Source of the DNA: the human T2T-CHM13v2.0 reference genome, Homo sapiens
Strand: one strand, 5' to 3'
DNA: 64,000 nucleotides
Assembly (NCBI RefSeq): GCF_009914755.1
Contig: NC_060948.1
A program made the position numbers and the translations under genes. Below the pieces are notes generated by a model. That model was not told the DNA's origin, made no database searches, and saw only the letters and a list, made by a program, of their open reading frames with translations. This document shows, one piece after another, positions 14,395 to 28,595 of this stretch (position 1 is its first letter; every line of letters begins with the position of its first letter).

Positions 14395-17300
14395 GAATTC
14401 ATTGGAATGGAAGGGAATGTAGTGTAATGGACAGGCCTGGAATAAAGTGGAATGTTACGGTCTCGAATGGAATAAAAATGTATGGAATGGAATGCAATGA
14501 AACGGAATCGAATGTCATAGAATGTAATGGAATGCAAAAAAATGGAATCCAAAATCATTGACTGGAAAGGCTGGGTGTCGAAAGGAATTGACTCCAATGG
14601 AATGGAATCGAATGGAATGGAAGTGAATAGAATCGAACTAAATCGAATGGAATGGAATTGATAGGAACGGAATGGAAAGGAATGCAATGATTTGGCATGG
14701 AATGCAATCGAATGGCATCGAATGGAATGGAATGGAATGCAATGGAATGGAATGTATTAGAATGTAATGAACATTAATGGAATGTACTCGAATGGATTCG
14801 ACTGGAATGGAATGTTCTGGAAGTGAATGGACTCCAATGGAATGGATTCGAAAGGAATGGAATCGAACGGAATGGAATCTAATGGAATGGAATTAAATGG
14901 AAATGAATCAAATTGAATAGCACGGAATTGAATTGAATGGAATGGAATGCAATGGAATCTAATGAAACGGAAAGGAAAGGAATGGAATGGAATGGAATGG
15001 GCTGGAATGGAAAGGAATCGAAACGAATGGAATGGAATCGAACTGAAGAGACTGGAATGGAATGCACTGGAATGGAAGGGAGTGTAATGGAAGGTTCTCG
15101 AAAATAATGGAAGCAAATGGAATGGAATTGAATGGAACGGAATAGAGTCGAATGGAATTGAATGGAATGGAATGGACTAGAGTGAAATGGAATCGAACCA
15201 CAAGGAATGGACAGGAATAGAATGGTCTCGAATTGAATGGAATCGTATGGAATGGCATCAAACGGAATGGAATGGACAGCCACGGAATGGAATGCACTCG
15301 AATGCAATGGAGTCGAAACTTATGGACTGGAATAGAATGGACTCGACTGGTACGGACTCCAATGGAATGGAATCGAATGGAAGGGATTCGAACGGAATGG
15401 ACTCGAAGGGAAAAGACTGCAATGGAAAGGTCTCGAATGGAATGGAAATTAATGGAATGGAATGGAATCGAATGAAATGGAGTCAAAAGGAATGGAATCG
15501 AATGGCAAGAAATCGAATGTAATGGAATCGGAAGGAATTGATGTGAACGGAACGGAATGGAATGGAATCCAAAGGAATGGAATAGAATGGAATGGAATCG
15601 AATGGAAAGGACTCGAATGGAAATCACTCGAATGGAATGAAATTTAATAAAATAGGATCAAATGTAATTGAATGGAATGGAAAGGAATCGAAACGAAAGG
15701 AATGGAGACAGATGGAATGGAATGGAACAGAGAGCAATGGTATAGAATGGAATGGAATCATCTGGAATGGAATTGAATGGAATGGAATAATATGAAATGG
15801 AATGGAATGGAATGGAATGGAATGCCCTTGAATTAAATGGACTGGAATGGAATGGACTCGAACAGAGTGGAATGGAAAGTGTTGAGATAGAATGGAATGG
15901 ACTCTTTTAGAATGGTCTAGTATGCAATGCAATCGACTGGCAGGGAATCAAAAGGAATGTAATCGAATGGATTGGACTGGAATGCAATGGACTCGAATAG
16001 ATTGGAAACGGAATGCAAAGGAATGGAATGGAATAGTATGGAATGGAATGGAAAGGAATGGAGTGGAATAGACTAGAGTGGAATGGAATGGACTGGAAAG
16101 CAATGGACTGGAATGGAACTTTCTTGAATGGACTGGAATCAAACGGAATGGAATGCAATGCAATCAAATGGCATGGAATAAAATAGAATGAAAGAGAATC
16201 AAATGGAATTGAATCGAATGGAATCGAATGGATTGGAAAGGAATAGAATGGAATGGAATGGAATTGACTCAAATGGAATGGACTAGAATGGAATGGATTC
16301 GAATGGAAGGCAAAGGAATGGAATCTATTGGAATGGACAGTAATGGAATGGAATGGAAGGGATTGGAATGGACTCGAATGGAATGGACTGCAATAGAAAG
16401 GATTCGAATGGAATGAAAAAGAATTGAATGGAATAGAACAGAATGGAATCAAATCGAATGAAATGGAATGGAATAGAAAGGAATGGAATGAAATGGAATG
16501 GAAAGGATTCGAATGGAATGCAATCGAATGGAATGGAATCGAACGGAATGGAATAAAATGGAAGAAAACTGGCAAGAAATGGAATCGAAATGAATGGAGT
16601 GTTATGGAACGGACTCAAAAGGAATTGAATGTAATAGAATGGAGTGGAGTGGACTCGAATATAATGAACTGGAATGGAATGAAATCACATGGAATGGGAA
16701 CGAATGGAATGGAATGGAAAGGAATGGAATCGAATGGAAAGGAATCGAATGGAAGGGAATGAAATTGAATCAACAGGAATGGAAGGGAATAGAATAGACG
16801 GTAATGGAATGGACTCGAATAGAATGGACACGAATGCTCAAATTGAATGGACTCGAATGGAATGGAAACAAAAGGAATGTCATCGAATGGAATTGAATCG
16901 ATTGGAATGAAATCGCATAGAATGGAGTGGAATCAAATGGAATTGAATCGAAAGGAAAGGAAGCGAATGGACTGAAATGAAATGGAATGGAATTGAATGG
17001 AAAGTAATGCAATGGAATAGAATGGAACGAAATTTCACGGAATGGAATCAAACTGAATGGAATCAAATCAATGGAATCAAATCAAATGGAATGGAAAGGA
17101 ATTGAATGGAGTAGATTGGATTGGATGGGATTGGAATGAAATGTACTGGAAAGGACTCGAATTTCATGAAACGGAATGGAATGAATTGGAACGGAATGGA
17201 CTCGAATAGAATGGAATGTCATGGAATGGCATCAAATGGAATGGCATCAAATGGAATGGAATCGAATGCAATGGAATGCTATGGAATGGAATGGAATGCA

Positions 17301-17938
17301 TTGGAATGGAATGTCCTCTAATGGAATGGATTCGAGTGGAATGGAATCGAATATAATGGAGTCGAATGAAATGGAATTGAAAGGAATGGGATCGAATACA
17401 ATGGAATATACTGGAATGTAATGTAATGAACTCGAATGTAATTGACTGGAATGGAATGTACATGAATGGAATGTAATCGAATGGAAAGTAATCCAATGGA
17501 ATAGAATCTAATGCAATAAAATCGACTCAGATAGAGTAGAATGTAATGGAATGGAGTGCAGTGCAATGGAATGGAATGGAATGGAGTGCAATGGAATGGA
17601 ATGGAATGGAATGGGATGGAATGGTATGGAATGGATAGTAATGGACTGGAATGAAATGGACTGGAAAAGAATGGACTCAAATTGAAAGGGCTCGAAAGGA
17701 ATGGAGTCAAATGGAATGGTCTGGAATGGAATGAACACGAATGTAATGCAATCCAATAGAATGGAATCGAATGGCATGGAATATAAAGAAATGGAATCGA
17801 AGAGAATGGAAACAAATGGAATGGAATTGAATGGAATGGAATTGAATGGAATGGGAACGAATGGAGTGAAATTGTATGCAGTAGAAGAGAATAGACTGGA
17901 ATGCAAGCGAAAGGAAAGGAATGGATTGCAATGGAATG
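14395..17938 (+). repeat. DYZ1 unit U5 (3544 bp)
   Basis: GAATTC at 14395 and 17939. Short GGAAT tract. Confidence 0.92.
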
Positions 17939-20900
17939 GAATTCATTGGAATGGAAGGGAATGTAGTGTAATGGACAGGCCTGGAATAAAGTGGAATGCT
18001 ACGGTCTCGAATGGAATAAAAATGTATGGAATGGAATGCAATGAAACGGAATCGAATGTCATAGAATGTAATGGAATGCAAAAAAATGGAATCCAAAATC
18101 ATTGACTGGAAAGGCTGGGTGTCGAAAGGAATTGACTCCAATGGAATGGAATCGAATGGAATGGAAGTGAATAGAATCGAACTAAATCGAATGGAATGGA
18201 ATTGATAGGAACGGAATGGAAAGGAATGCAATGATTTGGCATGGAATGGAATCGAATGGCATCGAATGGAATGGAATGGAATGCAATGGAATGGAATGTA
18301 TTAGAATGTAATGAACATTAATGGAATGTACTCGAATGGATTCGACTGGAATGGAATGTTCTGGAAGTGAATGGACTCCAATGGAATGGATTCGAAAGGA
18401 ATGGAATCGAACGGAATGGAATCTAATGGAATGGAATTAAATGGAAATGAATCAAATTGAATAGCACGGAATTGAATTGAATGGAATGGAATGCAATGGA
18501 ATCTAATGAAACGGAAAGGAAAGGAATGGAATGGAATGGAATGGGCTGGAATGGAAAGGAATCGAAACGAATGGAATGGAATCGAACTGAAGAGACTGGA
18601 ATCGAATGCACTGGAATCGAAGGGAGTGTAATGGAAGGTTCTCGAAAATAATGGAAGCAAATGGAATGGAATTGAATGGAACGGAATAGAGTCGAATGGA
18701 ATTGAATGGAATGGAATGGACTAGAGTGAAATGGAATCGAACCACAAGGAATGGACAGGAATAGAATGGTCTCGAATTGAATGGAATCGTATGGAATGGC
18801 ATCAATCGGAATGGAATGGACAGCCACGGAATGGAATGCACTCGAATGCAATGGAGTCGAAACTTATGGACTGGAATAGAATGGACTCGACTGGTACGGA
18901 CTCCAATAGAATGGAATCGAATGGAAGGGATTCGAACGGAATGGACTCGAAGGGAAAAGACTGCAATGGAAAGGTCTCGAATGGAATGGAAATTAATGGA
19001 ATGGAATGGAATCGAATGAAATGGAGTCAAAAGGAATGGAATCGAATGGCAAGAAATCGAATGTAATGGAATCGCAAGGAATTGATGTGAACGGAACGGA
19101 ATGGAATGGAATCCAAAGGAATGGAATAGAATGGAATGGAATCGAATGGAAAGGACTCGAATGGAAATCACTCGAATAGAATGAAATTTAATAAAATAGG
19201 ATCAAATGTAATTGAATGGAATGGAAAGGAATCGAAACGAAAGGAATGGAGACAGATGGAATGGAATGGAACAGAGAGCAATGGTATAGAATGGAATGGA
19301 ATCATCTGGAATGGAATTGAATGGAATGGAATAATATGAAATGTAATGGAATGGAATGGAATGGAATGCCCTTGAATTAAATGGACTGGAATGGAATGGA
19401 CTCGAACAGAGTGGAATGGAAAGTGTTGAGATAGAATGGAATGGACTCCTTTGGAATGGTCTAGTATGCAATGCAATCGACTGGCCGGGAATCAAAAGGA
19501 ATGTAATCGAATGGATTAGACTGGAATGCAATGGACTCGAATAGATTGGAAACGGAATGCAAAGGAATGGAATGGAATAGTATGGAATGGAATGGAAAGG
19601 AATGGAGTGGAATAGACTAGAGTGGAATGGAATGGACTGGAAAGCAATGGACTGGAATGGAACTTTCTTGAATGGACTGGAATCAAACGGAATGGAATGC
19701 AATGCAATCAAATGGCATGGAATAAAATAGAATGAAAGAGAATCAAATGGAATTGAATCGAATGGAATCGAATGGATTGGAAAGGAATAGAATGGAATGG
19801 AATGGAATTGACTCAAATGGAATGGACTAGAATGGAATGGATTCGAATGGAAGGCAAAGGAATGGAATCTATTGGAATGGACTGTAATGGAATGGAATGG
19901 AAGGGATTGGAATGGACTCGAATGGAATGGACTGCAATAGAAAGGATTCGAATGGAATGAAAAAGAATTGAATGGAATAGAACAGAATGGAATCAAATCG
20001 AATGAAATGGAATGGAATAGAAAGGAATGGAATGAAATGGCATGGAAAGGATTCGAATGGAATGCAATCGAATGGAATGGAATCGAACGGAATGGAATAA
20101 AATGGAAGAAAACTGGCAAGAAATGGAATCGAAATGAATGGAGTGTTATGGAACGGACTCAAAAGGAATTGAATGTAATAGAATGGAGTGGAGTGGACTC
20201 GAATATAATGGACTGGAATGGAATGAAATCACATGGAATGGGAACGAATGGAATGGAATGGAAAGGAATGGAATCGAATGGAAAGGAATCGAATGGAAGG
20301 GAATGAAATTGAATCAACAGGAATGGAAGGGAATAGAATAGACGGTAATGGAATGGACTCGAATAGAATGGACACGAATGCTGAAATTGAATGGACTCGA
20401 ATGGAATGGAAACGAAAGGAATGTCATCGAATGGAATTGAATCGATTGGAATGAAATCGCATAGAATGGAGTGGAATCAAATGGAATTGAATCGAAAGGA
20501 AAGGAAGCGAATGGACTGAAATGAAATGGAATGGAATTGAATGGAAAGTAATGCAATGGAATAGAATGGAACGAAATTTCACGGAATGGAATCAAACTGA
20601 ATGGAATCAAATCAATGGAATCAAATCAAATGGAATGGAAAGGAATTGAATGGAGTAGATTGGATTGGATGGGATTGGAATGAAATGTACTGGAAAGGAC
20701 TCGAATTTCATGAAACGGAATGGAATGAATTGGAACGGAATGGACTCGAATGGAATGGAATGTCATGGAATGGCATCAAATGGAATGGCATCAAATGGAA
20801 TGGAATCGAATGCAATGGAATGCTATGGAATGGAATGGAATGCATTGGAATGGAATGTCCTCTAATTGAATGGATTCGAGTGGAATGGAATCGAATATAA

Positions 20901-21497
20901 TGGAGTCGAATGAAATGGAATTGAAAGGAATGGGATCGAATACAATGGAATATACTGGAATGTAATGTAATGAACTCGAATGTAATTGACTGGAATGGAA
21001 TGTACATGAATGGAATGTAATCGAATGGAAAGTAATCCAATGGAATAGAATCTAATGCAATAAAATCGACTCAGATAGAGTAGAATGTAATGGAATGGAG
21101 TGCAGTGCAATGGAATGGAATGGAATGGAATGCAATGGAATGGAAAGGAATGGAATGGAATGGAATGGAATGGGATGGAATGGTATGGAATGGATAGTAA
21201 TGGACTGGAATGAAATGGACTGGAAAAGAATGGACTCAAATTGAAAGGGCTCGAAAGGAATGGAGTCAAATGGAATGGTCTGGAATGGAATGAACACGAA
21301 TGTAATGCAATCCAATAGAATGGAATCGAATGGCATGGAATATAAAGAAATGGAATCGAAGAGAATGGAAACAAATGGAATGGAATTGAATGGAATGGAA
21401 TTGAATGGAATGGGAACGAATGGAGTGAAATTGTATGCAGTAGAAGAGAATAGACTGGAATGCAAGCGAAAGGAAAGGAATGGATTGCAATGGAATG
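17939..21497 (+). repeat. DYZ1 unit U6 (3559 bp)
   Basis: GAATTC at 17939 and 21498. Extra GGCC at 19483. Confidence 0.92.
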
Positions 21498-24400
21498 GAA
21501 TTCATTGGAATGGAAGGGAATGTAGTGTAATGGACAGGCCTGGAATAAAGTGGAATGCTACGGTCTCGAATGGAATAAAAATGTATGGAATGGAATGCAA
21601 TGAAACGGAATCGAATGTCATAGAATGTAATGGAATGCAAAAAAATGGAATCCAAAATCATTGACTGGAAAGGCTGGGTGTCGAAAGGAATTGACTCCAA
21701 TGGAATGGAATCGAATGGAATGGAAGTGAATAGAATCGAAATAAATCGAATGGAATGGAATTGATAGGAACGGAATGGAAAGGAATGCAATGATTTGGCA
21801 TGGAATGGAATCGAATGGCATCGAATGGAATGGAATGGAATGCAATGGAATGGAATGTATTAGAATGTAATGAACATTAATGGAATGTACTCGAATGGAT
21901 TCGACTGGAATGGAATGTTCTGGAAGTGAATGGACTCCAATGGAATGGATTCGAAAGGAATGGAATCGAACGGAATGGAATCTAATGGAATGGAATTAAA
22001 TGGAAATGAATCAAATTGAATAGCACGGAATTGAATTGAATGGAATCGAATGCAATGGAATCTAATGAAACGGAAAGGAAAGGAATGGAATGGAATGGAA
22101 TGGGCTGGAATGGAAAGGAATCGAAACGAATGGAATGGAATCGAACTGAAGAGACTGGAATGGAATGCACTGGAATGGAAGGGAGTGTAATGGAAGGTTC
22201 TCGAAAATAATGGAAGCAAATGGAATGGAATTGAATGGAACGGAATAGAGTCGAATGGAATTGAATGGAATGGAATGGACTAGAGTGAAATGGAATCGAA
22301 CCACAAGGAATGGACAGGAATAGAATGGTCTCGAATTGAATGGAATCGTATGGAATGGCATCAAACGGAATGGAATGGACAGCCACGGAATGGAATGCAC
22401 TCGAATGCAATGGAGTCGAAACTTATGGACTGGAATAGAATGGACTCGACTGGTACGGACTCCAATGGAATGGAATCGAATGGAAGGGATTCGAACGGAA
22501 TGGACTCGAAGGGAAAAGACTGCAATGGAAAGGTCTCGAATGGAATGGAAATTAATGGAATGGAATGGAATCGAATGAAATGGAGTCAAAAGGAATGGAA
22601 TCGAATGGCAAGAAATCGAATGTAATGGAATCGCAAGTAATTGCTGTGAACGGAACGGAATGGAATGGAATCCAAAGGAATGGAATAGAATGGAATGGAA
22701 TCGAATGGAAAGGACTCGAATGGAAATCACTCGAATGGAATGAAATTTAATAAAATAGGATCAAATGTAATTGAATGGAATGGAAAGGAATCGAAACGAA
22801 AGGAATGGAGACAGATGGAATGGAATGGAACAGAGAGCAATGGTATAGAATGGAATGGAATCATCTGGAATGGAATTGAATGGAATGGAATAATATGAAA
22901 TGGAATGGAATGGAATGGAATGGAATGCCCTTGAATTAAATGGACTGGAATGGAATGGACTCGAACAGAGTGGAATGGAAAGTGTTGAGATAGAATGGAA
23001 TGGACTCTTTTGGAATGGTCTAGTATGCAATGCAATCGACTGGCAGGGAATCAAAAGGAATGTAATCGAATGGATTGGACTGGAATGCAATGGACTCGAA
23101 TAGATTGGAAACGGAATGCAAAGGAATGGAATGGAATAGTATGGAATGGAATGGAAAGGAATGGAGTGGAATAGACTAGAGTGGAATGGAATGGACTGGA
23201 AAGCAATGGACTGGAATGGAACTTTCTTGAATGGACTGGAATCAAACGGAATGGAATGCAATGCAATCAAATGGCATGGAATAAAATAGAATGAAAGAGA
23301 ATCAAATGGAATTGAATCGAATGGAATCGAATGGATTGGAAAGGAATAGAATGGAATGGAATGGAATTGACTCAAATGGAATGGACTAGAATGGAATGGA
23401 TTCGAATGGAAGGCAAAGGAATGGAATCTATTGGAATGGACAGTAATGGAATGGAATGGAAGGGATTGGAATGGACTCGAATGGAATGGACTGCAATAGA
23501 AAGGATTCGAATGGAATGAAAAAGAATTGAATGGAATAGAACAGAATGGAATCAAATCGAATGAAATGGAATGGAATAGAAAGGAATGGAATGAAATGGA
23601 ATGGAAAGGATTCGAATGGAATGCAATCGAATGGAATGGAATCGAACGGAATGGAATAAAATGGAAGAAAACTGGCAAGAAATGGAATCGAAATGAATGG
23701 AGTGTTATGGAACGGACTCAAAAGGAATTGAATGTAATAGAATGGAGTGGAGTGGACTCGAATATAATGAACTGGAATGGAATGAAATCACATGGAATGG
23801 GAACGAATGGAATGGAATGGAAAGGAATGGAATCGAATGGAAAGGAATCGAATGGAAGGGAATGAAATTGAATCAACAGGAATGGAAGGGAATAGAATAG
23901 ACGGTAATGGAATGGACTCGAATAGAATGGACACGAATGCTCAAATTGAATGGACTCGAATGGAATGGAAACGAAAGGAATGTCATCGAATGGAATTGAA
24001 TCGATTGCAATGAAATCGCATAGAATGGAGTGGAATCAAATGGAATTGAATCGAAAGGAAAGGAAGCGAATGGACTGAAATGAAATGGAATGGAATTGAA
24101 TGGAAAGTAATGCAATGGAATAGAATGGAACGAAATTTCACGGAATGGAATCAAACTGAATGGAATCAAATCAATGGAATCAAATCAAATGGAATGGAAA
24201 GGAATTGAATGGAGTAGATTGGATTGGATGGGATTGGAATGAAATGTACTGGAAAGGACTCGAATTTCATGAAACGGAATGGAATGAATTGGAACGGAAT
24301 GGACTCGAATGGAATGGAATGTCATGGAATGGCATCAAATGGAATGGAATCGAATGCAATGGAATGCTATGGAATGGAATGGAATGCATTGGAATGGAAT

Positions 24401-25026
24401 GTCCTCTAATGGAATAGATTCGAGTGGAATGGAATCGAATATAATGGAGTCGAATGAAATGGAATTGAAAGGAATGGGATCGAATACAATGGAATATACT
24501 GGAATGTAATGTAATGAACTCGAATGTAATTGACTGGAATGGAATGTACATGAATGGAATGTAATCGAATGGAAAGTAATCCAACGGAATAGAATCTAAT
24601 GCAATAAAATCGACTCAGATAGAGTAGAATGTAATGGAATGGAGTGCAGTGCAATGGAATGGAATGCAATGGAATGCAATGGAATGGAATGGAATGGAAT
24701 GGGATGGAATGGTATGGAATGGATAGTAATGGACTGGAATGAAATGGACTGGAAAAGAATGGACTCAAATTGAAAGGGCTCGAAAGGAATGGAGTCAAAT
24801 GGAATGGTCTGGAATGGAATGAACACGAATGTAATGCAATCCAATAGAATGGAATCGAATGGCATGGAATATAAAGAAATGGAATCAAAGAGAATGGAAA
24901 CAAATGGAATGGAATTGAATGGAATGGAATTGAATGGAATGGGAACGAATGGAGTGAAATTGTATGCAGTAGAAGAGAATAGAATGGAATGCAAGCGAAA
25001 GGAAAGGAATGGATTGCAATGGAATG
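21498..25026 (+). repeat. DYZ1 unit U7 (3529 bp, shortest)
   Basis: GAATTC at 21498 and 25027. One GGCATCAAATGGAAT copy is missing near 24331, and the GGAAT tract is short. Confidence 0.92.
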
Positions 25027-28000
25027 GAATTCATTGGAATGGAAGGGAATGTAGTGTAATGGACAGGCCTGGAATAAAGTGGAATGCTACGGTCTCGAAT
25101 GGAATAAAAATGTATGGAATGGAATGCAATGAAATGGAATCGAATGTCATAGAATGTAATGGAATGCAACAAAATGGAATCCAATATCATTGACTGGAAA
25201 GGCTGGGTGTCGAAAGGAATTGACTCCAATGGAATGGAATCGAATGGAATGGAAGTGAATAGAATCGAACTAAATCGAATGGAATGGAATTGATAGGAAC
25301 GGAATGGAAAGGAATGCAATGATTTGGCATGGAATGGAATCGAATGGCATCGAATGGAATGGAATGGAATGCAATGGAATGGAATGTATTAGAATGTAAT
25401 GAACTTTAATGGAATGTACTCGAATGGATTCGACTGGAATGGAATGTTCTGGAAGTGAATGGACTCCAATGGAATGGATTCAAAAGGAATGGAATCGTAC
25501 GGAATGGAATCTAATGGAATGGAATTAAATGGAAATGAATCAAATTGAATAGCACGGAATTGAATTGAATGGAATGGAATGCAATGGAATCTAATGAAAC
25601 GGAAAGGAAAGGAATGGAATGGAATGGAATGGGCTGGAATGGAAAGGAATCGAAACGAATGGAATGGAATCGAACTGAAGAGACTGGAATGGAATGCACT
25701 GGAATGGAAGGGAGTGTAATGGAAGGTTCTCGAAAAAAATGGAATCGAATGGAATGGAATTGAATGGAACGGAATAGAGTCGAATGGAATTGAATGGAAT
25801 GGAATGGACTAGAGTGAAATGGAATCGAACCACAAGGAATGGAGAGGAATAGAATGGTCTCGAATTGAATGGAATCGTATGGAATGGCATCAAACGGAAT
25901 GGAATGGACAGCCACGGAATGGAATGCACTCGAATGCAATGGAGTCGAAACTAATGGACTGGAATAGAATGGACTCGACTGGTACGGACTCCAATGGAAT
26001 GGAATCGAATGGAAGGGAATCGAACGGAATGGACTCGAAGGGAAAAGACTGCAATGGAAAGGTCTCGAATGGAATGGAAATTAATGGAATGGAATGGAAT
26101 CGAATGAAATGGAGTCAAAAGGAATGGAATCGAATGGCAAGAAATCGAATGTAATGGAATCGCAAGGAATTGATGTGAACGGAACGGAATGGAATGGAAT
26201 CCAAAGGAATGGAATAGAATGGAATGGAATCGAATGGAAAGGACTCGAATGGAAATCACTCGAATAGAATGCAATTTAATAAAATAGGATCAAATGTAAT
26301 GGAATGGAATGGAAAGGAATCGAAACGAAAGGAATGGAGACAGATGGATTGGAATAGAACAGAGAGCAATGGTATAGAATGGAATGGAATCATCTGGAAT
26401 GGAATTGAATGGAATGGAATAATATGAAATGGAATGGAATGGAATGGAATGGAATGCCCTTGAATTAAATGGACTGGAATGGAATGGACTCGAACAGAGT
26501 GGAATGGAAAGTGTTGAGATAGAATGGAATGGACTCCTTTGGAATGGTGTAGTATGCAATGCAATCGACTGGCAGGGAATCAAAAGGAATGTAATCGAAT
26601 GGATTGGACTGGAATGCAATGGACTCGAATAGATTGCAAACGGGATGCAAAGGAATGGAATGGAATAGTATGGAATGGAATGGAAAGGAATGGAGTGGAA
26701 TAGACTAGAGTGGAATGGAATGGACTGGAAAGCAATGGACTGGAATGGAACTTTCTTGAATGGACTGGAATCAAACGGAATGGAATGCAATGCAATCAAA
26801 TGGCATGGAATAAAATAGAATGAAAGAGAATCAAATGGAATTGAATCGAATGGAATCGAATGGATTGGAAAGGAATAGAATGGAATGGAATGGAATGGAC
26901 TCAAATGGAATGGACTAGAATGGAATGGATTCGAATGGAAGGCAAAGGAATGGAATCTATTGGAATGGACTGTAATGGAATGGAATGGAAGGGATTGGAA
27001 TGGACTCAAATAGAATGGACTGCAATAGAAAGGATTCGAATGGAATGAAAAAGAATTGAATGGAATAGAACAGAATGGAATCAAATCGAATGAAATGGAA
27101 TGGAATAGAAAGGAATGGAATGAAATGGAATGGAAAGGATTCGAATGGAATGCAATCGAATGGAATGGAATCGAACGGAATGGAATAAAATGGAAGAAAA
27201 CTGGCAAGAAATGGAATCGAAATGAATGGAGTGTTATGGAACGGACTCAAAAGGAATTGAATGTAATAGAATGGAGTGGAGTGGACTCGAATATAATGGA
27301 CTGGAATGGAATGAAATCACATGGAATGGGAACGAATGGAATGGAATGGAAAGGAATGGAATCGAATGGAAAGGAATCGAACGGAAGGGAATGAAATTGA
27401 ATCAACAGGAATGGAAGGGAATAGAATAGACGGTAATGGAATGGACTCGAATAGAATGGACACGAATGCTCAAATTGAATGGACTCGAATGGAATGGAAA
27501 CGAAAGGAATGTCATCGAATGGAATTGAATCGATTGGAATGAAATCGCATAGAATGGAGTGGAATCAAATGGAATTGAATCGAAAGGAAAGGAAGCGAAT
27601 GGACTGAAATGAAATGGAATGGAATTGAATGGAAAGTAATGCAATGGAATAGAATGGAACGAAATTTCACGGAATGGAATCAAACTGAATGGAATCAAAT
27701 CAATGGAATCAAATCAAATGGAATGGAAAGGAATTGAATGGAGTAGATTGGATTGGATGGGATTGGAATGAAATGTACTGGAAAGGACTCGAATTTCATG
27801 AAACGGAATGGAATGAATTGGAACGGAATGGACTCGAATGGAATGGAATGTCATGGAATGGCATCAAATGGAATGGCATCAAATGGAATGGAATCGAATG
27901 CAATGGAATGCTATGGAATGGAATGGAATGCATTGGAATGGAATGTCCTCTAATGGAATGGATTCGAGTGGAATGGAATCGAATATAATGGAGTCGAACG

Positions 28001-28595
28001 AAATGGAATTGAAAGGAATGGGATCGAATACAATGGAATATACTGGAATGTAATGTAATGAACTCGAATGTAATTGACTGGAATGGAAGGTATATGAATG
28101 GAATGTAATCGAATGGAAAGTAATCCAATGGAATAGAATCTAATGCAATAAAATCGACTCAGATAGAGTAGCATGTAATGGAATGGAGTGCAGTGCAATG
28201 GAATGGAATGGAATGGAATGCAATGGAATGGAATGGAATGGAATGGAATGGAATGGAATGGAATGGGATGGGATGGAATGGTATGGAATGGATAGTAATG
28301 GACTGGAGTGAAATGGACTGGAAAGGAATGGACTCAAATTGAAAGGGCTCGAAAGGAATGGAGTCAAATGGAATGGTCTGGAATGGAATGAACACGAATG
28401 TAATGCAATCCAATAGAATGGAATCGAATGGCATGGAATATAAAGAAATGGAATCGGAGAGAATGGAAACAAATGGAATGGAATTGAATGGAATGGAATT
28501 GAATGGAATGGGAACGAATGGAGTGAAATTGTATGCAGTAGAAGGGAATAGAATGGAATGCAAGCAAAAGGAAAGGAATGGATTGGAATGGAATG
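25027..28595 (+). repeat. DYZ1 unit U8 (3569 bp)
   Basis: GAATTC at 25027 and 28596. Confidence 0.92.
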
